Assembly: GCA_020854825.1 (NCBI GenBank)
Contig: JAHKLY010000002.1
Location: 96,001-160,000 of the forward strand
Direction of reading: 5' to 3'
Length of the DNA stretch: 64,000 bases
Origin: Candidatus Micrarchaeota archaeon
GTDB lineage: Archaea; Micrarchaeota; Micrarchaeia; Anstonellales; JAHKLY01
Positions 39,126-49,992 of this stretch are shown piece by piece. The position numbers were made by a program, and so were the translations under genes. A model generated the notes under the pieces. The model worked only from the letters and a program-made list of their open reading frames with translations. It was not told the origin of the DNA and did not search any database. Numbering within the stretch: the first letter of the stretch is position 1; each line of letters begins with the position of its first letter.

Positions 39126-40265
39126 TTAAATTGTAGCACTAATATTGTCTTTAGATTTTCCCAAAGGTATAGGTAAATATTTTTGAGCAGGCATAGTTTT
39201 TTTTTCATTTAACCAATTTCTGATTATATTCATTGTTTCATCAATAACAGGAGGTAAATATTTTTTTGAATTTACCCTTTGCTTTTTTTGAGATTTTAAA
39301 AAATTTAATGCATCTTTATCACCTAACATATCAAAAAAAACTTTTGCATATTCATATTTAGTAGAATAAAATATTTTAGCTACTTTTTTCATAACTCTTC
39401 TTTTGCAGATTAAATTTTTTTGACTTATTTCATACAAAATATCGAGTGAGTAATACCTTGAAAGAGTAAAAGTTTCATTATTTAATATGGAAGAACATAA
39501 AGCATCTATAACAATATTACTTTTTTTATGGGAACAGTTTGTTCCCATTTTAATTAGTACTTTTTTAAGATAATCTATTTTCCATTTTTGTTCATTTTGA
39601 TTATCTAATACTAAGATAGCCTCAATTAATTTCCCACAATTTTTTTTGGTTATATTTTTTTCAAAGAAATATGTATATCTCAAAAAACCTTCTTCTATAT
39701 TACAATTTAACATTGAATTCCAAATGATATTAAAGTCGTTAAAAAGTAAATTACTTTCAATTTCATTAATTACAAATTTAAGTCGATCATCTTGTAGATT
39801 CTCATTTGTTAAACAATGAATAAATTTTGGAATATATAATTTTTTTTCTAAATTAATAATACCATTTTGAACTAAGGGTAATAACGAATCATTTCCTTTA
39901 ATTAAAAATAATAAAACAGGGTATATAGGGGGAATTTTAGAATCTCTCATACATTCTTCCATAAACTTTTTTTCTTCAGAATTTGCTACTGGATAAAATT
40001 TGAAGAAATGTACTAATCCAGAATCACAAAGGTGTTCAGTTATTATCCATTTTATTGTATATAATTCATTAAAAGAATCGTTTCTTATTGCATGATGGAT
40101 ACGAGTTACAATAATTTTTGCCACTAAATCTCTAAGTTCCCAGTTTATATCAGAAATAAAGATTGCAAATTCTTTCATTGATTCTTCATTAGATTGCTCA
40201 AATAAATAAGCAATAAATTTTTTTAATTCGTGTTTGTTGACATCATTTGAAAATTGTAAACTCAT
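39126..40265 (-). CDS. Hypothetical helical protein
   Basis: 379-aa ORF with no motif. Confidence 0.6.
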   Translation of the reverse strand: MSLQFSNDVNKHELKKFIAYLFEQSNEESMKEFAIFISDINWELRDLVAKIIVTRIHHAIRNDSFNELYTIKWIITEHLCDSGLVHFFKFYPVANSEEKKFMEECMRDSKIPPIYPVLLFLIKGNDSLLPLVQNGIINLEKKLYIPKFIHCLTNENLQDDRLKFVINEIESNLLFNDFNIIWNSMLNCNIEEGFLRYTYFFEKNITKKNCGKLIEAILVLDNQNEQKWKIDYLKKVLIKMGTNCSHKKSNIVIDALCSSILNNETFTLSRYYSLDILYEISQKNLICKRRVMKKVAKIFYSTKYEYAKVFFDMLGDKDALNFLKSQKKQRVNSKKYLPPVIDETMNIIRNWLNEKKTMPAQKYLPIPLGKSKDNISATI

Positions 40266-40273
40266 AAATTTAA

Positions 40274-40918
40274 TTAAACTAATTTATAAAGTTTCTTTTG
40301 CTCTTCAATTATGGATCCAATTTGAATAAGATCACTGATCATATAATCTGGAATAAATTCAGGTGTTTTTTTAGGTTTTCTTATCATCCATGCAGTTTTT
40401 ATACCTAGTGTACTGGCTACCACAAGGTTTTTTATTTTATCATCAATAAATAATATTTTATTTGGTTCACAATTACATTTCTTTATTAAAATATCATAAA
40501 CTTCTGGTTCTGGTTTTGAGTATCCTTCTTTACCTGTTAACACATTCACATCAAAAATGCCTTTTAATTGTGGAGAGATTAAAACTTCTTCTCCCCAAGA
40601 TTCTGAAATATTACTTAATAATCCAATTTTTATTTTTCCTTTTAAATTTAAACTTAATTGTTCAAAAGTGGGATCAATTAAAGATAAAACTTTATTCATA
40701 AAATTTTTTCGTATTTTTTCATAGTCTTGCACATCTATCTCTCTCCAAAATTTAGATTCAGATAATTGTCCTTTATCAAATTTATGGATTTTATCCATTA
40801 ACACATCATAATCAACTAACTCACCATTTGCTTGTAGAATTGTAAATAATAAATCTCCTAAACTACCTTTTTCTAAGATTACTCCGCCAAAATCAAAAAT
40901 TAAGTATTCATACCTCAT
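40274..40918 (-). CDS. HAD-IA phosphatase
   Basis: IFDFGGV, LLSN, KPEPEVY, FIDD. Confidence 0.88.
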   Translation of the reverse strand: MRYEYLIFDFGGVILEKGSLGDLLFTILQANGELVDYDVLMDKIHKFDKGQLSESKFWREIDVQDYEKIRKNFMNKVLSLIDPTFEQLSLNLKGKIKIGLLSNISESWGEEVLISPQLKGIFDVNVLTGKEGYSKPEPEVYDILIKKCNCEPNKILFIDDKIKNLVVASTLGIKTAWMIRKPKKTPEFIPDYMISDLIQIGSIIEEQKKLYKLV

Positions 40919-41532
40919 TCTATCAAATCCTCCAGTTGAATTAATTTAGGAACAATTAAATCTGCTTTACCGCTACATTTTTCAATGGGTTTTCGTAATA
41001 ATAATACAGTTTTAAGACCTTTGCTACTAGCCATATTAATATTATCTACATCTTGATCAATGACTAATGCATTTCCTATTTTATTTTTGATTATATCAAA
41101 TGCGATGTCATTTGGAAACATTGCCTCTAAATCTGATGATAAAATAGATAATTGAATCATTGAAGATAATCCAGATGAATCAAATATTTCTTCTGCCCAT
41201 TCTTTGGGTATATTACCATATACTCCTATTTTTTTATCCATAAACCCAGATATTAAAGGCAAAAAATCATTATCAAAAGAATATTCAAGTTTTTCTAGGA
41301 CTAATTTCCTTGGCATATGTATATCTGTTATACCAATATTTTGCCAAAATTCTTTTTCAATTATTTGTCCTTTACAAAACTTATCAAATTCAGTATTAAG
41401 TTCATTATTATTTTTCATTTTGCAATTTCTGATTGTATCCTTTATTATTTGAGGAATGTTTGAAAAAGTAAATACTCCTCCCTCTAAATTAAAGAAAACC
41501 GAATTACACCTTATTTTTTCCATACTGGTCAC
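40915..41532 (-). CDS. Degenerate HAD-like paralogue
   Basis: Colinear with the neighbour but with FFNLEGG, YGN, FP and IDQD in place of the catalytic motifs. Confidence 0.65.
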   Translation of the reverse strand: MTSMEKIRCNSVFFNLEGGVFTFSNIPQIIKDTIRNCKMKNNNELNTEFDKFCKGQIIEKEFWQNIGITDIHMPRKLVLEKLEYSFDNDFLPLISGFMDKKIGVYGNIPKEWAEEIFDSSGLSSMIQLSILSSDLEAMFPNDIAFDIIKNKIGNALVIDQDVDNINMASSKGLKTVLLLRKPIEKCSGKADLIVPKLIQLEDLIE

Positions 41533-41583
41533 AAATTAATTTCAAAAGAAAACTTAATAAGCCTTTCAGTTTAATATATCAAT

Positions 41584-41880
41584 ATGGGAAAAGTATATTT
41601 TACAAAAGACACAGAACCAACAAAATTTGTGATTGAACAAATATATGATCTTGCTGGTCGTTTAATTTTACATGGAACCGTAATGCACGGAGTCATAAAA
41701 CCTGGAATTGAAGGCAAAGTTAAGGGTAAAGAATTTATATTAGAACATATTGAACAAAAAAATATTCGATTAGATTATTTAGAAAAGGGAGAAACGGGCG
41801 ATTTAGTAATAAAAAGTAGAGATACACTTAAAAAAATTCATCCTGAAGATTTTGGAGTAGGTAAAATACTATTATTTTGA
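41584..41880 (+). CDS. Stand-alone EF-Tu domain II-like beta-barrel protein (Pbp11-like)
   Basis: FVIEQIYDLAGR..LHGTV..GVIKPG...IE......LEKGE.G. Confidence 0.6.
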   Translation: MGKVYFTKDTEPTKFVIEQIYDLAGRLILHGTVMHGVIKPGIEGKVKGKEFILEHIEQKNIRLDYLEKGETGDLVIKSRDTLKKIHPEDFGVGKILLF

Positions 41881-41986
41881 CGCTAATTAACTCATACTAT
41901 AACTTTCTTATAGTTTTGTGTTCATTTATGTTTGAATAAATCAAAATAATGAATAATATTTTTAAATATATTTATTATAATACATA

Positions 41987-42070
41987 TGCTCTTACCTTTA
42001 TGGAGAGCAAGGTGGGAGGTAAGGAAGGAGCCAGCGTGGTTAACCTGCCTTACCCTTCTTTTTATGTCAA
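41987..42070 (+). ncRNA. Candidate structured RNA upstream of serS
   Basis: GC-rich island with two hairpins, preceded by TATA-like TTTAAATA (41961-41968) and followed by T tracts. Confidence 0.5.
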
Positions 42071-42125
42071 TTCTTTTTTTAAACGAACAAAAGCCTTAAT
42101 AAACTTTATTTACTGAAATACTTCT

Positions 42126-43403
42126 ATGATTGATATAAAATATATAAGAGAACACACAAAAGAAGTGCGTGATAACTTAGCTAAAAGAAAAAATCCAGAG
42201 ATATTAGAGATGTTTGATGAACTAATTGAAAAAGATAAAAAAGAAAGAGAAATGAAAATAGAACTAGATAAAATGCGAAAAAGAAGAAATGATATTTCTA
42301 AAGAAATTAATGAAAAAAAGAAAACAGGAGAGCCAATTGAAGAATTTCTTAAAGAAGTAAAAGAATTACCAGATAAAATAAAACAAGAAGAAGAACAGTA
42401 TGAAAAACTTACAGAAAGAATTACGGAATTAAGAATGAGAATACCTAATATTTTACATGAAAGTGTTCCTTATGGAGAATCTGAAGAAGATAATGTAATT
42501 ATAAAAACTTGGGGAACTCCAAGAAAAAAAGAAGAATGGATGCTGCCACATGCTGATTTAGTAACTATGTTTGATCTTGTTGATACTGATAAGGCTTCTG
42601 AAATATCTGCTTCTAGATTTTATTATTTAAAGGGCGATTTTGTACTATTAGAACAAGCTTTGCTAAGATATGGATTAGATAAAATGGTAAAAAAAGGATT
42701 TATTCCTTTAAATCCCCCATATATGATAAGAAAAGAAATAATTCAAGGTGCAACAGATGCATATAAATTTGGAGAAGATATATACAAGATAGAAGGAGAG
42801 GATTTATATTTAATTGCAACAGCTGAACACGGAATTATTGGATATCATAAAAATGATATTTTACCAGAAAAAGATTTGCCTCTTAAATATGTGGGATTAA
42901 CCCCTTGTTTTAGAAAGGAAGCAGGTTCGCATGGAAAAGATACTAAAGGAATATTTAGAACGCATCAATTTCATAAAGTTGAGATGATAATTTTTTCAAA
43001 ACCAGAAGATTCCTGGAAATTTCATGAAGAACTAATTAAAATTAATCAAGAAATAATGGAAGAATTGGAATTACCATATAGAATAATAAACACATGTACT
43101 GGGGAATTAGGAGTTGTACATTCTAAATTATATGATGTTGAAGCCTGGTTTCCAGTACAAGAACAATATAGAGAGGTAATGTCTTGTACAAATGCGTTAT
43201 CTTATCAAGCAGTAAGATCAAATATACGATATGAAAAAAAAGAAGGAGATAAAGAGTATGTACATATATTAAATGACACAGTTATAGCAGCAGGTAGAAC
43301 GATGACTGCAATAATAGAAAATAATCAACAAAAAGAAGGAAATATTAAAATTCCTAATGTCTTAGTGCCATATATGAATGGAAAAACTGAAATTAAAGCA
43401 TAA
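42126..43403 (+). CDS. serS: Seryl-tRNA synthetase
   Basis: N-terminal coiled coil, IPN, ATAEH, FRKEAG, RTHQFHKVE, EVMSC. Confidence 0.97.
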   Translation: MIDIKYIREHTKEVRDNLAKRKNPEILEMFDELIEKDKKEREMKIELDKMRKRRNDISKEINEKKKTGEPIEEFLKEVKELPDKIKQEEEQYEKLTERITELRMRIPNILHESVPYGESEEDNVIIKTWGTPRKKEEWMLPHADLVTMFDLVDTDKASEISASRFYYLKGDFVLLEQALLRYGLDKMVKKGFIPLNPPYMIRKEIIQGATDAYKFGEDIYKIEGEDLYLIATAEHGIIGYHKNDILPEKDLPLKYVGLTPCFRKEAGSHGKDTKGIFRTHQFHKVEMIIFSKPEDSWKFHEELIKINQEIMEELELPYRIINTCTGELGVVHSKLYDVEAWFPVQEQYREVMSCTNALSYQAVRSNIRYEKKEGDKEYVHILNDTVIAAGRTMTAIIENNQQKEGNIKIPNVLVPYMNGKTEIKA

Positions 43404-43439
43404 TTACCTTTATATTGATTATCTAAATAAGCATATCCA

Positions 43440-44774
43440 ATGTATGACTATATTATACAAAAATTAGATACAATCAAATGTGATTATTGGGACATAAGAT
43501 TAGAAGACACAAATACTTTATCTTTAAATTTAGAAAATAGTGAATTTAAAGTCCAAAAAAATTATTATGAAGGATTAGGAATTAGAATATTAAACCAAGG
43601 ATCTTGGGGTTTTGCGAGCATAAATCAATTAAATAAATCTTCTTTTGATGAAGCACTATGTCATGCTATTAGATTATCAAAAATTAAATCAAATAAAATT
43701 CAAATCAATAAATATAAAAAACAGAAATATAAAGACAAAAGAAAAGATATTGAAATAGATTTAGAAGTATGGACAAATAGATTAAAAAAGATAGAAAAAA
43801 TAACCAAAGGAAAATATATCATTTCAACAGCTTTTAATTTAATACATAAAGATACTTATTCTATATTCCTTAACTCTGAAGGATCATCAATTTCACAAAA
43901 AGATAATTTCTCTTATTGCGGACCTAGGATTATTGCAAAAAAAGGAAAAATATTACAGAGTTGGACTGACAGACAAGGAAAACTTGGAATTATTGAAAAG
44001 TTAGATAATCTAGAGGATATGGCAATTAATGCAAAAAACAAAGTTATCAATTTATTAAATGCAAAACCTTGTCCTAAGGGAATTCAAAATGTTATATTAG
44101 ATCCACAAATGGTGGGGGTTTTTTGTCATGAAGCAATAGGTCATGCAGCAGAAGCAGATATAATTTCAAAGGGGGATTCAATTTTAGAAAAATTAATTGG
44201 AAAACAGATTGGAAACAATGAAGTTACTATAATTGATTCACCAAATGAAAAAAACGGATTTGGTAACATTAATTATGATTCAGAGGGAGTTAAAGCAAAA
44301 AAAGTAGTAATAATAAAAAAAGGCATTGTTAATTCATTTTTACATTCAAGAGAAACATCTAAAAAGTCAAATGAAAAACTAACTGGAAATGCAAGAGCAT
44401 CAAATTATAATAATTTCCCAATAGTTAGAATGAGAAATACTGTAATGTTACCTGGAAAACATTCAAAAGAAGACGTATTTGACCTAAAAACTGGAGTATA
44501 TCTTAAAGGAATGAAAGGAGGACAAGTTAAAACATTAGATGGAAAATTTATGTTTGCTGCTAGAGAAGCTTATAATATTAAAAATGGAGAAATACAAGAA
44601 CAATTAAGAGATGTTTCAATTTCAGGCAATATAACAAATACCTTATATCATATTGAAGCGATTGGAAAAGATTATGACCCAACAGGTGTTGGTTTCTGTG
44701 GAAAAGATGGACAAAGTATAAGAGCAGGAGATGGTGGGCCGCATATCAGAATAAAAAATATATTACTGGGTTGA
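43440..44774 (+). CDS. tldD: TldD metalloprotease
   Basis: HEAIGHAAEAD, YDSEG, GNARA, RMRNT, CGKDGQ. Confidence 0.93.
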   Translation: MYDYIIQKLDTIKCDYWDIRLEDTNTLSLNLENSEFKVQKNYYEGLGIRILNQGSWGFASINQLNKSSFDEALCHAIRLSKIKSNKIQINKYKKQKYKDKRKDIEIDLEVWTNRLKKIEKITKGKYIISTAFNLIHKDTYSIFLNSEGSSISQKDNFSYCGPRIIAKKGKILQSWTDRQGKLGIIEKLDNLEDMAINAKNKVINLLNAKPCPKGIQNVILDPQMVGVFCHEAIGHAAEADIISKGDSILEKLIGKQIGNNEVTIIDSPNEKNGFGNINYDSEGVKAKKVVIIKKGIVNSFLHSRETSKKSNEKLTGNARASNYNNFPIVRMRNTVMLPGKHSKEDVFDLKTGVYLKGMKGGQVKTLDGKFMFAAREAYNIKNGEIQEQLRDVSISGNITNTLYHIEAIGKDYDPTGVGFCGKDGQSIRAGDGGPHIRIKNILLG

Positions 44775-44778
44775 TTAA

Positions 44779-46044
44779 ATGATTGAAGAAATATTAAAAA
44801 AATTAAAAAAATATAACATAAAAGATTATGAAATATTTAATTCAACTAATAGTATTACTTCTATTGATACAGATAAAACTAATTTCGATAAAAAAGAATT
44901 TGAATATGACGAAGGATATGGATTAAGAATATTAAAAAACAATAAAATAACTTTTACATATTTTTCAGATAAAAATCATATTGAAAGTTCTATTCAAAAT
45001 GCATTAAAAATTATAAAAATAAAACCTAAACTCCATAATTTTACATTTAATAATAAAAACCCCAAAATAAAAGTTAAAACATATGATAAAAAAATAATTG
45101 ATCTTGATGAAAAAGATATAAAAGAACTAATTAAAGATATGATTCAAAATATTAAATATACTCCAATAAGTTGTTCTGTAATTAAAAATATTTCAGAGGT
45201 TAGAATAATTAATTCAGAAGGATTAGACTGTTCTCAAAAAGAAACAAGTTTACTTGCTTTCGCTTATTGTTCAAAAGAGGGACAAACAGGTTCAGAATTT
45301 TATGAATCATATAAATATGATAGAAATACTATTTTAAATTTATCAAAAATAGCTTCTAAAAAAGCAAACCAAAAAACAAAACAAATATCTTCTGTTAAAT
45401 TACCTGTGATATTGGAAGATGACGCTCTGATTAATATAATTGATAATTTATTTTTAACACAAATAACTGGAGATAAAAAACACCATAACTCTTCTTATTT
45501 AATAGGAAAAGAAAATATGAATATTGCATCTAATAATTTAACTATTTACGAAGACCCCTTTTGTGAAGGTCATTCAAAAACAAACTTTGATGGTGAAGGA
45601 ATAGAAGATGATATTTCTGTATTAATAGATAAAGGAAAATTTACTGGGTTTGTTTATGATAAAGAAACAGCTGCTTTAAGTAAGGTAGATAAAAAAGGCT
45701 TTTGTTCTAGATCAAATTATACACAATATCCAACTATTGGTTACTCAAATATACTAATCAAACCTGGTAAGACAAAAAATTTAGAAGAAATACATAGGGA
45801 ATATGTTGTTATTAATAATTTGTTTGGATTTCATACTGTTAATACAACAACAGGTGATTTTAGTTTAATAATAGGAAATGGATACCTTGTAAAGAATAAT
45901 AAAAAACAATTTATTCAAGGCAATATCTTATCGGGTAACACTTATGCGCTTCTTAAAAATATTCAAGATATTGAAAAATCATTAAAAATGAAAGGCAGTT
46001 ATATTGTTCCACGCATTCTAGTAAAAGGTCTAACTATATCTTAA
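44779..46044 (+). CDS. pmbA: PmbA/TldE
   Basis: NSEG, FDGEG, TGDFS, lacks HExxH; adjacent to tldD. Confidence 0.88.
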   Translation: MIEEILKKLKKYNIKDYEIFNSTNSITSIDTDKTNFDKKEFEYDEGYGLRILKNNKITFTYFSDKNHIESSIQNALKIIKIKPKLHNFTFNNKNPKIKVKTYDKKIIDLDEKDIKELIKDMIQNIKYTPISCSVIKNISEVRIINSEGLDCSQKETSLLAFAYCSKEGQTGSEFYESYKYDRNTILNLSKIASKKANQKTKQISSVKLPVILEDDALINIIDNLFLTQITGDKKHHNSSYLIGKENMNIASNNLTIYEDPFCEGHSKTNFDGEGIEDDISVLIDKGKFTGFVYDKETAALSKVDKKGFCSRSNYTQYPTIGYSNILIKPGKTKNLEEIHREYVVINNLFGFHTVNTTTGDFSLIIGNGYLVKNNKKQFIQGNILSGNTYALLKNIQDIEKSLKMKGSYIVPRILVKGLTIS

Positions 46045-46128
46045 TATTTAAAAAGGGCTCTATATATTAATTATATACAGTAATGGATATTAAATTAACA
46101 TATTATTTAGTATTAATTTGGTGTGTAA

Positions 46129-48189
46129 ATGGAAGATTATAAATCAACTGAAGAGATTAAAGTTCCTGAGAAATTAATAGATCAAATAATAGGGCAAGAA
46201 AAAGCTGTTGAAATAGTTAAAAAAGCAGCTAAACAACGAAGAAATGTCCTATTAATAGGTAGTCCAGGAACAGGCAAATCAATGTTAGCACAAGCTATGG
46301 CAGAATTAATGCCAGCAGAAGATTTAGAAGATGTTTTATGTTATCCAAACAAAGTAGATGAAAATAATCCTAAGATTGTTGTTGTTAAAACTTATCCTCC
46401 AAAAGAAGAAATAGAAAAAGATCCCAAATTAAAGTCACTTTATCATAATGATTTAATATTAGCTAAAAGTAAAAAAATGCTAAAAGATATGGAAAGTAAA
46501 GTTAAAACTGAAAAAGATAAGAAAAGGATAGAAGAAGAAAAAAAGAAATTAGAAAAAAAAGAAGATATAGGACAAGGAAGAAAAATTTTAAATTTAACAC
46601 AAAGAGTAAGAGGAAGCCCTTCTTCAGATAAAGGTCCAAATCCATTATTAGTCGTTATTTTAATAGCAATAATAGCAATTATTGCCTTGTATATGACAAA
46701 TGCATTACAAGATGATTCTAAATGGTTCATTTTAGCTTTTATTTTCGGATTAGGATTTATGTATTTCTTATTTAGTTTTTCAAGTAGATTAAGTTTAAGA
46801 ATGGGTATTGGAGGTTTTGGAACTGATGATCCAAAATTAATAGTTGATAATTCAGGAAAAAGAACAGCACCTTTTGAAGATGCAACAGGAGCAAAATCAG
46901 GAGCTTTATTAGGCGACGTCCGACATGATCCCTTGCAAAGCGGTGGGTTAGGAACTCCTCCACATTTAAGAGTAGAAGCAGGAGCAATACATATGGCAAA
47001 TAAAGGAGTTTTGTTTATGGATGAAGTTACTTCATTAACAAAACACTTTCAACAGGAATTATTAACTGCAATGCAAGAAAAAAAATATCCTATTACTGGA
47101 CAAAGTGAAATGTCTTCAGGAGCAATTGTTAAAACAGAACCTGTCCCATGTGATTTTGTTTTAGTAGCAGCAGGAAATGTTCCAGATATACAAACTATGC
47201 ACCCTGCATTAAGATCAAGAATTCGTGGTGCAGGATATGAAATCTATGTTGAAGATCATATGGATGATACTTTAGAAAATGAAGAAAAATTAGTTAAATT
47301 TGTAGCACAAGAAGTTAAAAAAGATAAAAAAATACCTCATTTTACAAAAGAAGCTGTAAATGAAGTAATAAATGAAGCAAGAAGAAAAAGTACTAAAAAA
47401 CATTCATTTACTTTGAATTTAAGAGAATTAGGAGGAATTGTTCGTGCTGCAGGAGATATGGCAAGAGAAGAAAATGCACAATATGTTTTACCTGAACATG
47501 TTAAAAAAGCTAAAAAAATATCAGGAACATTAGAACAACAAATAGCTGAACAATATATTGAATTAAAGAAAAGTTACAAAGTTTTTCAAACAAAAGGTTA
47601 TGAGATAGGCCGCGTAAATGGATTAGCTGTTTTAGGAGATCCTTCTTCAGGATTAGTATTACCAATTGTAGCTGAAGTTACGCCCTCATTTGGAAAAGGA
47701 ACTGGTAGATTTATTGCTACTGGTAAATTAGGAACTATTGCTAAAGAAGCCGTAGATAATGTTTCTGCAATTATTAAAAAACACGTTAAAAAAGATATGT
47801 CTAAAAAAGATGTTCACATACAATTTTTACAAACTTATGAAGGAGTAGAAGGAGATTCTGCATCTATTGCTGTTGCAGTATCAGTTATATCAGCAATGGA
47901 ATCTATACCTATTGATCAAACAATAGGTATGACTGGTTCATTATCAGTACGTGGAGAAGTACTCCCAGTAGGTGGTATAACAGGCAAAGTACAAGCGTGT
48001 GTTGAAGCAGGATTAGAAAAAATTATAATACCAAAATCTAATTTTGAAGATGTTTATACATCTAAAGAAGATAAAAAGAAAATACAAATAATTCCTGTAG
48101 AAAGTATCAGTGATGTTCTAAAACATGTTTTGAAAAAAGGCGCCAAAACAACTAAATTTATCAAAGGAATAAAAAACAATAAGAAATAA
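46129..48189 (+). CDS. lonB: Membrane-anchored ATP-dependent protease LonB
   Basis: GSPGTGKS, two TM helices inside the AAA domain, [21 protein letters not shown]. Confidence 0.96.
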   Translation: MEDYKSTEEIKVPEKLIDQIIGQEKAVEIVKKAAKQRRNVLLIGSPGTGKSMLAQAMAELMPAEDLEDVLCYPNKVDENNPKIVVVKTYPPKEEIEKDPKLKSLYHNDLILAKSKKMLKDMESKVKTEKDKKRIEEEKKKLEKKEDIGQGRKILNLTQRVRGSPSSDKGPNPLLVVILIAIIAIIALYMTNALQDDSKWFILAFIFGLGFMYFLFSFSSRLSLRMGIGGFGTDDPKLIVDNSGKRTAPFEDATGAKSGALLGDVRHDPLQSGGLGTPPHLRVEAGAIHMANKGVLFMDEVTSLTKHFQQELLTAMQEKKYPITGQSEMSSGAIVKTEPVPCDFVLVAAGNVPDIQTMHPALRSRIRGAGYEIYVEDHMDDTLENEEKLVKFVAQEVKKDKKIPHFTKEAVNEVINEARRKSTKKHSFTLNLRELGGIVRAAGDMAREENAQYVLPEHVKKAKKISGTLEQQIAEQYIELKKSYKVFQTKGYEIGRVNGLAVLGDPSSGLVLPIVAEVTPSFGKGTGRFIATGKLGTIAKEAVDNVSAIIKKHVKKDMSKKDVHIQFLQTYEGVEGDSASIAVAVSVISAMESIPIDQTIGMTGSLSVRGEVLPVGGITGKVQACVEAGLEKIIIPKSNFEDVYTSKEDKKKIQIIPVESISDVLKHVLKKGAKTTKFIKGIKNNKK

Positions 48190-48192
48190 TAT

Positions 48193-49404
48193 TTAAAAAT
48201 GACTTAAAAATATATAAAATGGTAGTTTAAAAACATCTTTATTTTGTATTTCTACCCCTTCAAAAACAATAATTTTTTTCCCTTTAAAATCAATTTCTTT
48301 AAATTGTTTTAAATCTTTATTTTGCCCACCTATTTCAAATAATGTATTTTTCCATACAAAATCTGGTCCTGTTTTTAAATAATATAATTCTTCAGTATGC
48401 ATTGCAAAAAGATCTTCTTTAGATAATCTAATAGCCCTTTCTTTTTCTCCTAATAAATCTAAAAGTACCATCCTTATAACTGGAGAGACAAATAATACTT
48501 TTGGTTCTTTTCTTATTTTTGATTTTCCTTTTTTGTATATTTGTGCTTTATGTATAACACTTGCTTTTTCAAGATAATCAATCATTTTTATAATAGTGCC
48601 TTTACCCACATTTAGATCATTGGCTAATGCATCATAACTTATTTTTTCTGAAAGAGCTAAAAGTTTTAATAAAGGCCAAAATTTAGATAAAACTTCCTCA
48701 TTAAAAGAACTAGTTCCCCCAATATCTTCATAAATTATTCTTTGTAATAAATCTAAAATAGTTGATGTTGGTTTTTCTAATAAATATGGGATATTCATTT
48801 CTTTATATTCTAAAATTATTTCATTTATATTTTTTAATTTATCCCTTGCATCTAATTCAGTTTTCATTGCTTCGGTAAATAAATCTTTAGAAAATAAATT
48901 AAATTTTCTTATTTTTATATTATGCTTTAGTTCTAAAAATTCATTAAAAGTTAAAGGTTTTAAATTTATGAATACTGCTCTCCTAGCAAGTGTTCTTCTA
49001 GCTTCTTGAAGATTAACAGCAGAAGAACCAGTTACTATTATTCTTATTTTTGGGTACATATCAGAAAATACTTTTAATTCTTTATCCCAATTTTTTAATT
49101 TAGTAATTTCATCAATAAATAAATAGCCTTCTCTAAAAAAATGTTTTTGTATTGAAATTAAATCTTTTATTGTATATCCTGCCATATTTAGATGTTCTCC
49201 ATGAAGTGCTAATCTATCTCCTTTTACTTCTAAATATTTTTGTGCGAGTAATGTTGTTTTTCCCGTTCCTCGTAATCCATATAGTATAATAATATTTGAT
49301 TTGTTTAATTGAGGATATATTTCTCTTTTAAACGGCTGATTTTTATCTTTAAACAATTCTTCTAATAAGTATTTTTCCTCTTTAAAAAATTGTATAGTTT
49401 CCAT
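48193..49404 (-). CDS. AAA_14/DUF4143-like ATPase
   Basis: GLRGTGKTT, FIDEI, TGSS, LARR, PLTFNEF, wHTH, C-terminal PDF..FEIGG nuclease-like motif. Confidence 0.85.
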   Translation of the reverse strand: METIQFFKEEKYLLEELFKDKNQPFKREIYPQLNKSNIIILYGLRGTGKTTLLAQKYLEVKGDRLALHGEHLNMAGYTIKDLISIQKHFFREGYLFIDEITKLKNWDKELKVFSDMYPKIRIIVTGSSAVNLQEARRTLARRAVFINLKPLTFNEFLELKHNIKIRKFNLFSKDLFTEAMKTELDARDKLKNINEIILEYKEMNIPYLLEKPTSTILDLLQRIIYEDIGGTSSFNEEVLSKFWPLLKLLALSEKISYDALANDLNVGKGTIIKMIDYLEKASVIHKAQIYKKGKSKIRKEPKVLFVSPVIRMVLLDLLGEKERAIRLSKEDLFAMHTEELYYLKTGPDFVWKNTLFEIGGQNKDLKQFKEIDFKGKKIIVFEGVEIQNKDVFKLPFYIFLSHF

Positions 49405-49439
49405 ATATTAGTTAATGGTGTGAATGTTTTTAAAGGTTT

Positions 49440-49487
49440 GGTCAAAGTTTTGACCGATTTTGCTTGTTTTCGGTCAATCTTTTGACT
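49440..49487. promoter_or_regulatory. Two palindromes GGTCAA-N4-TTGACY, 32 bp apart
   Basis: 49440-49455 and 49472-49487, just upstream of the ATPase promoter. Confidence 0.65.
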
Positions 49488-49632
49488 AAGATAAAATTAA
49501 TTAGTTATTTTTCCTCTTAATATATCTAAATCAGGACATGCATCTTTACCTTTATTTACTCCTATCCATTTATCTTCACCTTGATCTGCATAATAGCATT
49601 TCAATCCTCCATTTATTTCTTAATTGTCAGAA

Positions 49633-49926
49633 TTATATTTTTAATATACTTTTAATAATTGTAAAGATTTCTGTCATTTCTTTTTCATCTATTTCTTCTT
49701 TATATTTTTCAGGTTCAAGTTCTTTTAAAATTGCAAGATAATCACTTTCATATTGGGTTTTTAAGCAATGAAAATATATTGCAGACATATATCCACCAGG
49801 CCCATTTATTATCCAATTTTCTAATTTTCTAAGCTGTTGCATATCATGACGCATGTCCCCATCAAAAGGAATCTCTCTAAATAGATTTTTTAGATATTTA
49901 GATTCAAACTTAATTTTATATCTCAT
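49633..49926 (-). CDS. Hypothetical protein
   Basis: 97-aa ORF with SD-like GAGGCGA. Confidence 0.5.
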   Translation of the reverse strand: MRYKIKFESKYLKNLFREIPFDGDMRHDMQQLRKLENWIINGPGGYMSAIYFHCLKTQYESDYLAILKELEPEKYKEEIDEKEMTEIFTIIKSILKI

Positions 49927-49992
49927 TTATATCGCCTCACACAAACCTTTATAATTCTCTTTATATAAATATTCTTGAATAAAATATTCTGA

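Noticed and set aside
41986-42115. Short ORF MLLPLWRARWEVRK... across the GC-rich island
   Set aside because: Codon usage is atypical for this genome, and the GC content is better explained by base-paired RNA structure
49498-49620. Minus-strand open stretch EINGGLKCYYADQGEDKW...
   Set aside because: No start codon in frame; possibly a gene remnant but not assignable
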